A DNA stretch of 64,000 nucleotides from a virus, in IMG/VR virus record IMGVR_UViG_3300028840_004168, positions 32,001-96,000 of that record, one strand, 5' to 3'. Positions within the stretch are counted from its first letter, which is position 1; every line of letters begins with the position of its first letter. Under the pieces are notes generated by a model. The model searched no databases. It had not been told where the DNA came from and was given only the letters and a program-made list of their open reading frames with translations. The position numbers were made by a program, and so were the translations under genes. Of the stretch, positions 1 through 9,282 are shown piece by piece.

Positions 1-990
1 ATTTAAAGGTTCGAAATCTACGATTGCATTCTGGTATACTTCAGTCCAGTGATCGCCGCCTATACCAGCAGCAGGCATGTTATATACCATAATACTGGCA
101 TCGGCAAGCCATCCCCTTTCTATCAATTCAGAGGTAGACATGTTATAGATGACATTGCCGACATGCCCTTCCAGATACAGGTCATCGTCATACTTACGAA
201 AGGCTGTAGCTGAAAATCCCCAACGGCATCCAGTATTGGTGCAGCGCCGTATTATAGTCCTGAACATCTTGCTGGCGCTATGATGGTATTCGTCAAGTAT
301 AAGGCCGTCTACCCCTGCCAGCCATTCCTTCATAAATTTGTTTTGCCTTTTGTCTTTGCTCCTATTCTTTTCATACAGCGACTTAACAATGGCAATAGTA
401 AAAGGCTTATCGAACTCATAGTTACCATCTCCTATCATGCCAACGTTATCTTCGCCAACAAGGTTCTTGTAGAATTTAACATGCTGATAAGCAATAGAAC
501 TCAGGTCGATCACGATGAGCATTCTATTAAATTTGTAGGCGTTGCTTAAAAGGCCCATGATCAAGCTTTTGCCAGAGCCAGTAGCCATAGAAAAACCGCC
601 ACAAGCATTGTCTATACCAGCCTGCAAAGCTTCATTCTGGTAGTCCCTGGGCACAAATGGCATCCCCTGAATAAAGGAAGCAAGTCTGGCCTCATCGTGG
701 TCTACCTTAGTCCTCTCATCCTCTATCTCAATGTTCCTAAACCCTGCATTATATATGGCTGTGCATACATGATTTGTGAGTCCAGAAGGGAATGTTTTAT
801 ATTTTTCGTTGAATAGCTTGACATAAGGAGACAAGGTATACCCTTGTTTTAACAAATTCTCTTTATTAGGATCATAGAATTTTGTTTCATTTCCTATAAT
901 CTTAAGTATATCTTGATATGCATCAAGTTTTATATTAGTCACGAAAGTCTTGTTATTCTTGACTTTCAATGAAATATCAGGTCTAGGCAT
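1..990 (-). CDS. SF2 (UvsW/XPB-like) DNA helicase, partial, runs off left edge
   Basis: Not in ORF track because no stop is in the window. Manual translation from ATG at 990 gives MPRPDISLK..., Q-motif PRDYQNEAL, Walker A MATGSGKS, motif II LILDEYHH and motif III SAT. Starts 2 nt after the GT9 stop. Confidence 0.85.
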   Translation of the reverse strand, partial: MPRPDISLKVKNNKTFVTNIKLDAYQDILKIIGNETKFYDPNKENLLKQGYTLSPYVKLFNEKYKTFPSGLTNHVCTAIYNAGFRNIEIEDERTKVDHDEARLASFIQGMPFVPRDYQNEALQAGIDNACGGFSMATGSGKSLIMGLLSNAYKFNRMLIVIDLSSIAYQHVKFYKNLVGEDNVGMIGDGNYEFDKPFTIAIVKSLYEKNRSKDKRQNKFMKEWLAGVDGLILDEYHHSASKMFRTIIRRCTNTGCRWGFSATAFRKYDDDLYLEGHVGNVIYNMSTSELIERGWLADASIMVYNMPAAGIGGDHWTEVYQNAIVDFEPLN

Positions 991-992
991 TA

Positions 993-3236
993 CTATTCCT
1001 TATCTGGATTAGTCACATCTACCAAATCACTTGCTGCGTCTATAACATGCATGGACTCATATAGCTGGAAGCATGGTGAAGGCAACCCCATGATGCATGG
1101 CTCATGTCCATGAGTAAAACAGTTGTGAACAGTCCATGTCTTAGCTATATACGATTCATCGCCTTGCACTTCCAGGTTATATACAGTGCCTGTGTGCTTC
1201 TTCACAGAACAGCTTTCCACCTTTAGGAACTTCTTATCTCCAATCGATCTGACATCTATCTGTTTGTTTACCGAAGTCAGCTTGTAGTTAAAGTTAGGCT
1301 CTCCTGTGATATCAGCAAATTCATTAATAGCCCTCATCATTATCGCAATACTGTAGATATACCTTTTGTTTCGTGATCTGACAGTAAAGGGCTCTTCATC
1401 GTTATTGATTTTGAATCCTGCCAGAAAGCTGGCTATGTTGCGTTCATCCAGCCCAAAGAACCATCTCGGTATGATCTTATCCCTGTATGGCTGTTTAGCT
1501 CCGAACAAGCGCTGTAAGAATCTGGCAAGGATATCGCATTCGATCAGGATTATAATTTTGCCGTCTGCATTATATTTAAATTTAATAACACTATCATCAA
1601 GGTCAAATAAATATTTTGTAATTGCAGAAATTTCATCTTTGGCTTGATCGTTTTTGGCAGCTATGTCTACTATAAATCTTGACTTGGTTCCTTTCTCTTC
1701 AGCCATAATTCCTATCCTGCCGCTACTTACAAAGATACCGAAGAACTTCAACAGCTCAGGAGTAAGGCTGAGCTTGTTATCTATCCTTATTCCTTTTGAC
1801 TTATCAAAGACAGTGTGTATGGTTTTATCTTTTTCATCATAGATTATATCTTCACTGTCAAGTGAGCGAGTATCTTTATCTGTAAGAGTTTTGGAGATGA
1901 GCAGGTTAACAAGGTTTACATAGACATTATAATCGAAATAATTAATGTAGACATCTTTGTTATCGTTTATCATGCTCTTTATCGTCTTTATAGGCAGATA
2001 TCCGATTATAGGTTCCATGCCTGCATGCGGATGGTCATACGTGCACAGCACTGGATGATCTTCTGTAGCCTTTAGAGGTTCGCTAATTCCTTTTATATTG
2101 AGAACCACTATGTCTTCATCTTTAACATCACGTCTCATTACATCAGTCACAGGCATGAACCGTCCCTGGTCTGTAAGCACTTTGTCTGTGCTTATATCTA
2201 TATGAGATATAGGCTTTACTATATTCTTCTCTACCATTATTTCCTGGTTTCCCAGGAAGCATGGAGCGCATGGAGGCTTTACATCTAATGCCCTAACGTT
2301 AGTATAATACCTCATTCTCAGATCAGATGGGAATGGGCCGTATATAGCCACAGTAGGTTTCTTTAACGCACCAGCCAGATGCCCTATAGATGAATCAGGC
2401 ACTACAGCAAGGTCGCACAGGTCTATAAGTGCTATCACCTGTTGCCAAGTAGGACATATATCAGCAGAGAAGTAGTAGTCATCAGGGTTAACTCTGAAGA
2501 ACCTCAGATCGTTCTTTATAGATACAGCCTCTCTTGCAGACGATGCCATAACTACATTCCATCCTGTGTCTTTAAAATAGCTGGCAACCTCTACTTGCTT
2601 CTTCTGATCTGGAGTCCTGATTGGAGAAGATGCCCTCATGTGTATCACAAGAGTCTTCTTGCCGTTAGATAAGAATACATTATCTTCTATAAGCTTTTCC
2701 TGCAGTTCTTTATCTACATGCACATAAGGAAGCTTTTCTTCTGCAGGAATAGGCTCATGATCTATGAAAAGCCTTTCCAGGAACAGATCATAGGCATTCA
2801 TCTGTGAAGCTTTTTCGCTTCCTTCAATTATGCCTTCAAAAATAATATGGTAGTCAGCTGCTTCCCATTCCTTAAGCAGCAAAGGTGCAGATCCTATTAC
2901 ATCTATATATGGATTGCCCTCTATAACTCCATGATATCTTTCAGCACAATACACATGGACTATTGCTTCTGGATATTTCTTTTTCAAATGTTTGATTGCT
3001 ACGGAAAGGAAGAGTATGTCACCAGCGCCGCCGTTTCTCAAGGCATACAGCGTCTTGCCATTCAGGTCTTCACCTTCATATTTTTTATAGTAGCTGTAAA
3101 AGTCAGCCACCATATACTTTTCAGGGTTGCGTCCTACCAGATCCTGCCATTGCCTTGCCGTCATGTCATTGACGACATAAAACTCGTCAGGGACTATCTG
3201 CTCCGAGACTTTGTCCTTCAACATTATCAGTCTCAT
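993..3236 (-). CDS. Glycosyltransferase family 9 (heptosyltransferase-like) interrupted by an intein
   Basis: GGAGDILF N-terminal motif, DLAVVPDSSIGHLAGALKKPTVAIYGP C-terminal motif, and a Cys-rich tail CAP/CFTHGHEPC...SPC restored after intein removal (367 aa spliced). Confidence 0.85.
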   Translation of the reverse strand: MRLIMLKDKVSEQIVPDEFYVVNDMTARQWQDLVGRNPEKYMVADFYSYYKKYEGEDLNGKTLYALRNGGAGDILFLSVAIKHLKKKYPEAIVHVYCAERYHGVIEGNPYIDVIGSAPLLLKEWEAADYHIIFEGIIEGSEKASQMNAYDLFLERLFIDHEPIPAEEKLPYVHVDKELQEKLIEDNVFLSNGKKTLVIHMRASSPIRTPDQKKQVEVASYFKDTGWNVVMASSAREAVSIKNDLRFFRVNPDDYYFSADICPTWQQVIALIDLCDLAVVPDSSIGHLAGALKKPTVAIYGPFPSDLRMRYYTNVRALDVKPPCAPCFLGNQEIMVEKNIVKPISHIDISTDKVLTDQGRFMPVTDVMRRDVKDEDIVVLNIKGISEPLKATEDHPVLCTYDHPHAGMEPIIGYLPIKTIKSMINDNKDVYINYFDYNVYVNLVNLLISKTLTDKDTRSLDSEDIIYDEKDKTIHTVFDKSKGIRIDNKLSLTPELLKFFGIFVSSGRIGIMAEEKGTKSRFIVDIAAKNDQAKDEISAITKYLFDLDDSVIKFKYNADGKIIILIECDILARFLQRLFGAKQPYRDKIIPRWFFGLDERNIASFLAGFKINNDEEPFTVRSRNKRYIYSIAIMMRAINEFADITGEPNFNYKLTSVNKQIDVRSIGDKKFLKVESCSVKKHTGTVYNLEVQGDESYIAKTWTVHNCFTHGHEPCIMGLPSPCFQLYESMHVIDAASDLVDVTNPDKE
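1122..2261 (-). mobile_element. Intein (380 aa) with degenerate LAGLIDADG endonuclease domain
   Basis: Block A CFLGNQEIMV, block B ATEDHPVL (TxxH), block F VYNLEVQGDESY, block G VHN followed by +1 Cys. LAGLIDADG-like helices FFGIFVSSG and FLAGFKINND. Confidence 0.9.
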
Positions 3237-3717
3237 ATATTATTCTCCTTTCCTGTTCACTCCCATGTTGATATGATGTTAACTCCAGGCTACCATGCAT
3301 CCTACCAGTATCATCCATACCAGTAACAGTTATGATAAGCCTATTAAGGTTAGATCTGTATTCTTCTTTATTTATAGCTTCTGTTTCATTTAAATATTCT
3401 ATAAGGGTATTTAGATTTATAAAGGTGGAGTAAGTAGATGTTTTCAATTCCTGAATGGTAGCACTATTGAGAGCATTGTCGTGCAGTATCTGCTGCCTGA
3501 ACTTTTCAAAAGAAAGCAGCAGCCTTATCGCTTCGCCTCTGGTAAAATTAGGATTGTTTGCTTGAGTTGGATCTAGGATAGGCTGATTTAGGCCTTGACT
3601 GGCTATTGCTTGAACTAAAGGATCTTTTCTTGCTCTCTTACGGTCTTGCGCTTTTTGAATTGCCTTCTTTCTTGGTGGTTTTTTCTTTTTCGTCATGTTT
3701 TCTACCATCTCTTTCAA
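3187..3717 (-). CDS. Hypothetical protein (start may be ATG at 3696)
   Basis: ORF in operon orientation, with a basic N-terminus and helical core; no family recognised. Confidence 0.6.
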   Translation of the reverse strand: MKEMVENMTKKKKPPRKKAIQKAQDRKRARKDPLVQAIASQGLNQPILDPTQANNPNFTRGEAIRLLLSFEKFRQQILHDNALNSATIQELKTSTYSTFINLNTLIEYLNETEAINKEEYRSNLNRLIITVTGMDDTGRMHGSLELTSYQHGSEQERRIIYETDNVEGQSLGADSP

Positions 3718-3877
3718 GATAATTCATTATAAGTTTGTTTAATATTTTGGTTATGCTTGTGCCGTTTCCTATTGCATTTAACTTAAGTTCATTTTTGATA
3801 TCTGTAGGCAAAAAGAACCCTACATAGCTTTTGTTATCTATATCCACAGCAACTCTTCCCTTGTTAAATTTTCCCAA
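3638..3877 (-). CDS. Small ribbon-helix-helix-like DNA-binding protein
   Basis: FFLPTDIKNELKLNA...SITKILNKLIMNYL fits the beta-helix-helix pattern; lies directly downstream of a promoter candidate. Confidence 0.5.
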   Translation of the reverse strand: MGKFNKGRVAVDIDNKSYVGFFLPTDIKNELKLNAIGNGTSITKILNKLIMNYLERDGRKHDEKEKTTKKEGNSKSARP

Positions 3878-3895
3878 TTTTGCCAGCTAGATTTA

Positions 3896-3924
3896 ACCGT
3901 AACAAAAGAAAAAATCATTGTCAA
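3896..3924 (-). promoter_or_regulatory. Sigma70-like promoter for the RHH-GT9-helicase genes
   Basis: Minus strand TTGACA-N17-TACGGT with extended TGn, in an AT-rich gap. Confidence 0.5.
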
Positions 3925-3968
3925 GCTAATTTTTAAATTTTTAAAAAAAAGCTTGGAAAGCTGTATTA

Positions 3969-4598
3969 TTAACTATTATTGGGTATCGGGATTGTCTTGT
4001 GCGCTTTGCACGATGGACAGTATACTTTCACACTCTTACTTCCGCAACACTTGCCTTTAATCACTAATTCAGCGCCGCAACGTGGGCAAGGATTGTAAGG
4101 CAGCTTGTTTTCAGGCTGTGCAGTTGCATGTTTTACTTTTGTTTCTCTTACAATCTCTTTTTTGACAACTGGAGTAGGAGCCATATTCTTACCATGACCA
4201 GGAATATCTTCTGGCCTTTGTGCGAAAAATGCACTATCCGCACCTGGATAAATAAACCCAGCCCTCTGCGTAATTTCCACAATAGTTTCTTTTGGAATTT
4301 TAGATAAAATCTTTTCCTGGTAATTCTTACTTTCCTCTTTCATTTTTTTAATTTCTTCTTCTGACAGCTGTGGAACTGGAGTTATCTCATGTGCATACTT
4401 AGGATGAAATAAGGTAGTAACCATTAGATTTTCTATTGGTACTATTCCTTTTTTGAATACAGGTTTAATGTCCTCATAAGGCACTTCAAAACCTGAAAAT
4501 TCAATTATAATTTTCTTATTATCATCATCAAAAATCATTTTAGTTTCCATACTATGTTCCTTATAAAACGCCAGTTGTGTCTTGAGATTGACCATCAT
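3969..4598 (-). CDS. Hypothetical protein with C-terminal 6-Cys zinc ribbon
   Basis: CPRCG...KCCG...YCPSC at the C-terminus. Confidence 0.65.
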   Translation of the reverse strand: MMVNLKTQLAFYKEHSMETKMIFDDDNKKIIIEFSGFEVPYEDIKPVFKKGIVPIENLMVTTLFHPKYAHEITPVPQLSEEEIKKMKEESKNYQEKILSKIPKETIVEITQRAGFIYPGADSAFFAQRPEDIPGHGKNMAPTPVVKKEIVRETKVKHATAQPENKLPYNPCPRCGAELVIKGKCCGSKSVKVYCPSCKAHKTIPIPNNS

Positions 4599-6855
4599 AA
4601 AAACAAATTTGATACATCATGTTGTAATAAGTATAATCGCCATAGATGCAATACTGCACAGGAGGCCACTCAAGATCATCTATCCAACAAAATTCTGTAA
4701 GCTGCATCCTGCTGTATCTCCGTCTCGGCTGATACACTTCGTTTTGAAACCCTTTTGGATATTCTGCCAATTTTGTGCTTCTTTTGATTTCCCATAGCCC
4801 TTCATCCAACGGTTCTGGCTCAGGGCTTGATGAGCCAAAAAAAGTAAATTGATCAAGGCCAATCCCTCCGCAAAATTCTCCTAGAGGTATTTCAATTCCA
4901 AAACCATTAAGCCCTGCTACGAACGCAGGGACAGAGCAGCCGTCTCCTGGTATATAATGCTGTGTTTCAGAAGGAACCAGCACCCCTACCTGTTGAGGAA
5001 ACCCTGCTACTCTGACAGCGTTAGGAGCGCTAAATGGGCTTGTAATAAAGAAAGGTTTTCTCTGTTCATAAGGATCTGTCGGCTCGTCTTCTTGTAGAGA
5101 AAATATTTGCTTGTTAAAGGCATTTGTAATCTGAAACCCTTCCATAGCCTCTACATCAGAGGCATAAGAAGCGCTTACATGAGGGAACCAGCGTGGCGTA
5201 GAGATCAATGCATTTCTCGTAGGTTGAACCTTTATTTCCTGACCATACTGATTAGTATAGCAATGACCGCCAAGCGTCCTGATGAGCGTGCCCTTCCCAA
5301 ATTTACCAGTTTCAAATTCCAGATAGAAAATGCCCCATCTCTCTGCAGTCTCTCCGCATTCGCTTAAACTTGTACCAGAAGCTGTCTGCCTGTCTATAAG
5401 CGCCACGCATGCGCTATGGTTTACTGGAACCACCCATCTTACTGTCTCTTCAAAATTAGATTCCCAGTCTCTTCCCCATTCAAGATGCTGCCACTTGTAA
5501 TTAATAGTTGCCCATCCTAAATCAATATCTTTATGCCTGATCTTTCTAAAATATTTAGCTGGATCGTTAAACCCACTTTCATCCCATCCACGATTGCTAT
5601 CAGCCTGCGCTATGATATAATCAAACTTGTTCATTGTGTCGTAAGCTATCCCTTTAAATTGACTGTATGGGTTGTAAGGAATGTCAAATTCACAACGCCA
5701 GTATGCACCTAGAATGCATAGGTTCTCTTCTGCATAAGGCCTGTAAAGGCAAGCTATCATAGGAAGCGCCGTCCCAGCATCGGCTCCCCAGTAAGGAGTT
5801 GGGAACCTTTTAAATGCTCCTAAGTCTGTCCTTATATTTTTTGCATACCACGACTCGCCACTTATTTTAATCACCTGTTCAGTTTTATTCCACACCAGAG
5901 GATATATCATTACATGCATCGTTGACTGATTGCCCATCTTCCTGTTTTGACAATCACGCCAGTCTGTGCAAGGGAACCTAGTGGAGCCAGGGCCACCCCC
6001 GCATCCTGGTTGCACGTATGACAAATCAGCCCATCTATCCCAAGTGATCCTGTAAAGCATCCCTATTTCATTACCGGAAGGAGTGTTCTTATCTATTATT
6101 CTGTAATTAGCATAAGCATAAAGGCCATCACCAGGAAGGCCATTATAAATTGAAGCATCAGAAGTAGTGCCCCATGTTACATATGGAATGCCACACCCCC
6201 TCTGACCCAGAGAATACATATCCAGCATGCCAAGCTCCAACTCTGATTGTGACCAGGGAACTTCTGCATACCTGGCAGAGCCTTCTTCTATTTTGTCGTA
6301 TATATCCATTTCACCATTTTTATGATCCCATGCTTTTCCTTTGAATTCATAGTATCTGGCATGCCCTTCACTTGGACTATAGTTATGATATTTTCCTTCG
6401 ATTATATAGCCGCCTGCGCCGCATGATCCACCAGCAGGATGTTTCCCTACTACAGCAACAGGGTTGCCGCTTAAAAACATCAATATAACCCTGTCTTTTT
6501 TTGCAAAAGGAGTATCGGTATGCCAATACCCTTCACTTTCAAACTGGCTGCTCAATCCAGGTATATATCCATGAGTGGTATAATAATTAGGATCATCAGT
6601 TGTAGGAGAAGCGCAATGGTAATGTATAGGTATGTCTTCATATATGACAGTCCTTCTGTGTGGCTCACATTCTGTTCTAGTTGGATTTGCTTGAGTCACA
6701 CATTCAGAATTATCCCAGTCAGGCATTTCTTCTACCTTGACACTGCAGTTCACCCCATGCACTAGCTCAACTATCTCTCCTACTTTGAAAGTAACCTTGT
6801 ATTCTTCGTCTGATGGATAAGCAAGATATGACATTATATTATCCCAATTCCCCAA
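4561..6855 (-). CDS. Putative tail-tip/receptor-binding protein, Cys-rich (likely start ATG 6834)
   Basis: Last large gene of the tail block. N-terminal FKVGEIVELV / FAKKDRVILMF..PVAVVG resembles baseplate OB-fold motifs. TAATG overlap with the upstream gene. Confidence 0.5.
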   Translation of the reverse strand: MGNWDNIMSYLAYPSDEEYKVTFKVGEIVELVHGVNCSVKVEEMPDWDNSECVTQANPTRTECEPHRRTVIYEDIPIHYHCASPTTDDPNYYTTHGYIPGLSSQFESEGYWHTDTPFAKKDRVILMFLSGNPVAVVGKHPAGGSCGAGGYIIEGKYHNYSPSEGHARYYEFKGKAWDHKNGEMDIYDKIEEGSARYAEVPWSQSELELGMLDMYSLGQRGCGIPYVTWGTTSDASIYNGLPGDGLYAYANYRIIDKNTPSGNEIGMLYRITWDRWADLSYVQPGCGGGPGSTRFPCTDWRDCQNRKMGNQSTMHVMIYPLVWNKTEQVIKISGESWYAKNIRTDLGAFKRFPTPYWGADAGTALPMIACLYRPYAEENLCILGAYWRCEFDIPYNPYSQFKGIAYDTMNKFDYIIAQADSNRGWDESGFNDPAKYFRKIRHKDIDLGWATINYKWQHLEWGRDWESNFEETVRWVVPVNHSACVALIDRQTASGTSLSECGETAERWGIFYLEFETGKFGKGTLIRTLGGHCYTNQYGQEIKVQPTRNALISTPRWFPHVSASYASDVEAMEGFQITNAFNKQIFSLQEDEPTDPYEQRKPFFITSPFSAPNAVRVAGFPQQVGVLVPSETQHYIPGDGCSVPAFVAGLNGFGIEIPLGEFCGGIGLDQFTFFGSSSPEPEPLDEGLWEIKRSTKLAEYPKGFQNEVYQPRRRYSRMQLTEFCWIDDLEWPPVQYCIYGDYTYYNMMYQICFYDGQSQDTTGVL

Positions 6856-8663
6856 TCATCATAGTTAGCAAATCTATAAGGCATTATCATGTAACTGTCT
6901 TGCGCAGGGACGTTAACGCCCATCTCTGCCAGAGCTTCAAAACATTCTTCTATAGTTGTTATACTGGCAGCTATACTTTCACATTCAGGCTGCCAATAGC
7001 TCTGGCAATCTTTGTTTGAATTGTGTTTCAAAGCAAGCTCCCATTGCTCCATTTCATCTGACTCAATAAAATCTTCTTCTTTTGCAGTGCTGGGAAGAGG
7101 CATATTGATAGCGCAATTAACCTCAATGCATGAGCTTACAAATTGCTGCTTGGCCTGCCCCATATTATCTGTGCGAGTAGGGCAAACATTCCTCATATTT
7201 GGCTGCACTTTATTAAGATTGCCTAAAGCATCTTGCTGATACGGCTCTTCACATGCTACCTTTGCAATAGCGTAATAGTCATCAATAGCCCATGAGGTAG
7301 CGTCCATCGAAGCGCAGTTCAAAAAACCGCCTTCGCATTCCATCACATATATAATAGTTACCTCTCCTTGTAAACTGCCTATATATGCCCATCTCAAGTA
7401 TCCTCCTGTAAATCCAGGAGTTCTGTAATATGTCAGACTAAGGACATAGTAATCAAGAAAGCTTGACTGCCAGTTCTCAGTACCATAATTATATTTCTGT
7501 GCAAAATACTGTCCATTACACAGATGCCCTTCTGGAAACGTCATTGTAACAGTAATAGATTCACCAGGAACATTCCTGTCATGAGTCAGCTGCCTTATTA
7601 CTTTATTATCATTATCGCATTCAGCACAGCAGCGCTCAACATATTGAACCCACTCATCAGACATCACTACTAAATCAGCGTTGTAGCCTGACGGATCGCC
7701 AATGTTCTCTATATAAATCAAGCCGCTTAATGAAGTAATTACATACACTGTGGCTTTGCAAGTATTAGTTATTTTATTATAATAAATCTCAAGAGCGCCT
7801 AATGGCCTTACTTCCCAAAAGAAATAAGAAAGCTTATTAAAGTTGCAAATGCAGTAATGGCTGGAATACAAATAATAGTCAGGCTCAGGATAAACCGCAT
7901 TTTGCACTTGGGCATTATTAAACCCAGGAGCATAGCCAGACCAGTATATAGGACGTATAGCAGCAGTAGGGCACATGTCTACCTCAACCACATTAGGATT
8001 GCAATTCGAACCTTTTTCGCATATCAAAGCTTCTACTATAGTATGTCCATATGCATTCGGAGCTATATTTTGATAGTTCTCTTCTCCCTCTGCAACCTCC
8101 AGCCTTTGATCTACACAAGGATCTTGATATGGTTTGCATTGATCAGGTATTATCTGAGGGCATGCTCTTGTGCAGGCTTCTATATTAACTACACTTTGAG
8201 CGCATTGAAGATAGCTGTTAAGCCGTTGCTGGTAGACAGGCCAGGGCTCGAAAGGCTGCTGCTGAGGCAGCGCACCGCACCTGCCCTCTATGCATTCATC
8301 AAAACACTGGGTAGCGTTTTGTGCATCCCCATCAGTGTTTCCAAACTCTTTAGGGCACGCATCTTTACAGGATTGCCTTTCTGCTTCAACACAGTATTCA
8401 TAAGTAGCCATCCGATAATAAAACGACCTCCAGTTTTCAGTATCAGACTGTTCTGGCATTTTACCACATTTATCTTCTATACATATATCATAACAGCTTA
8501 GGTCTATAACTCTTATTCCAGGCTCATATTTGACATCTATAGCCCTGACTTGCTGAGGCATAGGATTACATATGTCTAAAGTAAAGGTGAGGCTTTTTTG
8601 ATTTTCAATAAATATGGTAGGCTCAACTGGGACTTTTACATCTCCGTCATCTCCGTTTGCCAT
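6834..8663 (-). CDS. Cys-rich tail-region protein with duplicated 6-Cys module
   Basis: About 34 Cys in 609 aa; internal repeat at aa 57-104 and 120-169; located in the tail module. Confidence 0.6.
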   Translation of the reverse strand: MANGDDGDVKVPVEPTIFIENQKSLTFTLDICNPMPQQVRAIDVKYEPGIRVIDLSCYDICIEDKCGKMPEQSDTENWRSFYYRMATYEYCVEAERQSCKDACPKEFGNTDGDAQNATQCFDECIEGRCGALPQQQPFEPWPVYQQRLNSYLQCAQSVVNIEACTRACPQIIPDQCKPYQDPCVDQRLEVAEGEENYQNIAPNAYGHTIVEALICEKGSNCNPNVVEVDMCPTAAIRPIYWSGYAPGFNNAQVQNAVYPEPDYYLYSSHYCICNFNKLSYFFWEVRPLGALEIYYNKITNTCKATVYVITSLSGLIYIENIGDPSGYNADLVVMSDEWVQYVERCCAECDNDNKVIRQLTHDRNVPGESITVTMTFPEGHLCNGQYFAQKYNYGTENWQSSFLDYYVLSLTYYRTPGFTGGYLRWAYIGSLQGEVTIIYVMECEGGFLNCASMDATSWAIDDYYAIAKVACEEPYQQDALGNLNKVQPNMRNVCPTRTDNMGQAKQQFVSSCIEVNCAINMPLPSTAKEEDFIESDEMEQWELALKHNSNKDCQSYWQPECESIAASITTIEECFEALAEMGVNVPAQDSYMIMPYRFANYDDWGIGII

Positions 8664-8675
8664 CTGTTGCTCCTG

Positions 8676-8942
8676 TTATAAATATACTACGGTTGTTGGA
8701 TTTATGCGTTTGCCTTGCGCTTTACCTATTATTCTCATCCTATTAGTTTTGCCATCTATAAGTCCAAGCAACACTCTGTCATCGACATTGTATGATTCAT
8801 TATTCAGCACCACGCCGTTTTTAATAATACCCCCAGCAGTTAGCTTGACTTCATATTTGCTGCCGTTCCTGGCTGTAATAACACCTTCCTGGACACTGTC
8901 TTTAAATGCAGCTTTGGCTATGGCAATAATAGCTGTTTTCAT
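8676..8942 (-). CDS. Small beta-rich (OB-fold-like) baseplate/tail-tip protein
   Basis: GVITARNGSKYEVKL...YNVDDRVLLG pattern typical of spike/hub OB folds; position in the tail module. Confidence 0.45.
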   Translation of the reverse strand: MKTAIIAIAKAAFKDSVQEGVITARNGSKYEVKLTAGGIIKNGVVLNNESYNVDDRVLLGLIDGKTNRMRIIGKAQGKRINPTTVVYL

Positions 8943-9280
8943 GATGGCTGTTCATACCTCTCTAAATTAAGTTGATCGGTCATAGTTGTTCTGGTTATTA
9001 TAATCTGTCTGTTCCTCAAAAAGTATAAAGATGATACATTAAATTTTTCTGAATTTACATAAATTTTATCTCCATCTTTTACATGTTCCCTGATGGATAA
9101 ATTTGTTTTAACATTTAATGCTACAGGCTCATAATAATATCCATTCAAAACTATAGTGCCACGCCTGACTGCCATGTTTTCTGTAACCAGCATTTCATCC
9201 TGCAATGGTGGAGCCTCTTTGTCACCAGGATTTCTTATCAGCCTTACACTTACTGTAGGCGGCACGCTTGGGAATGCCAT
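8939..9280 (-). CDS. Tail-tip/hub-associated protein
   Basis: Coupled ORF (ATGA overlap) in the tail module; GDKIYV motif as in hub C-terminal barrels. Confidence 0.45.
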   Translation of the reverse strand: MAFPSVPPTVSVRLIRNPGDKEAPPLQDEMLVTENMAVRRGTIVLNGYYYEPVALNVKTNLSIREHVKDGDKIYVNSEKFNVSSLYFLRNRQIIITRTTMTDQLNLERYEQPS

Positions 9281-9282
9281 TT

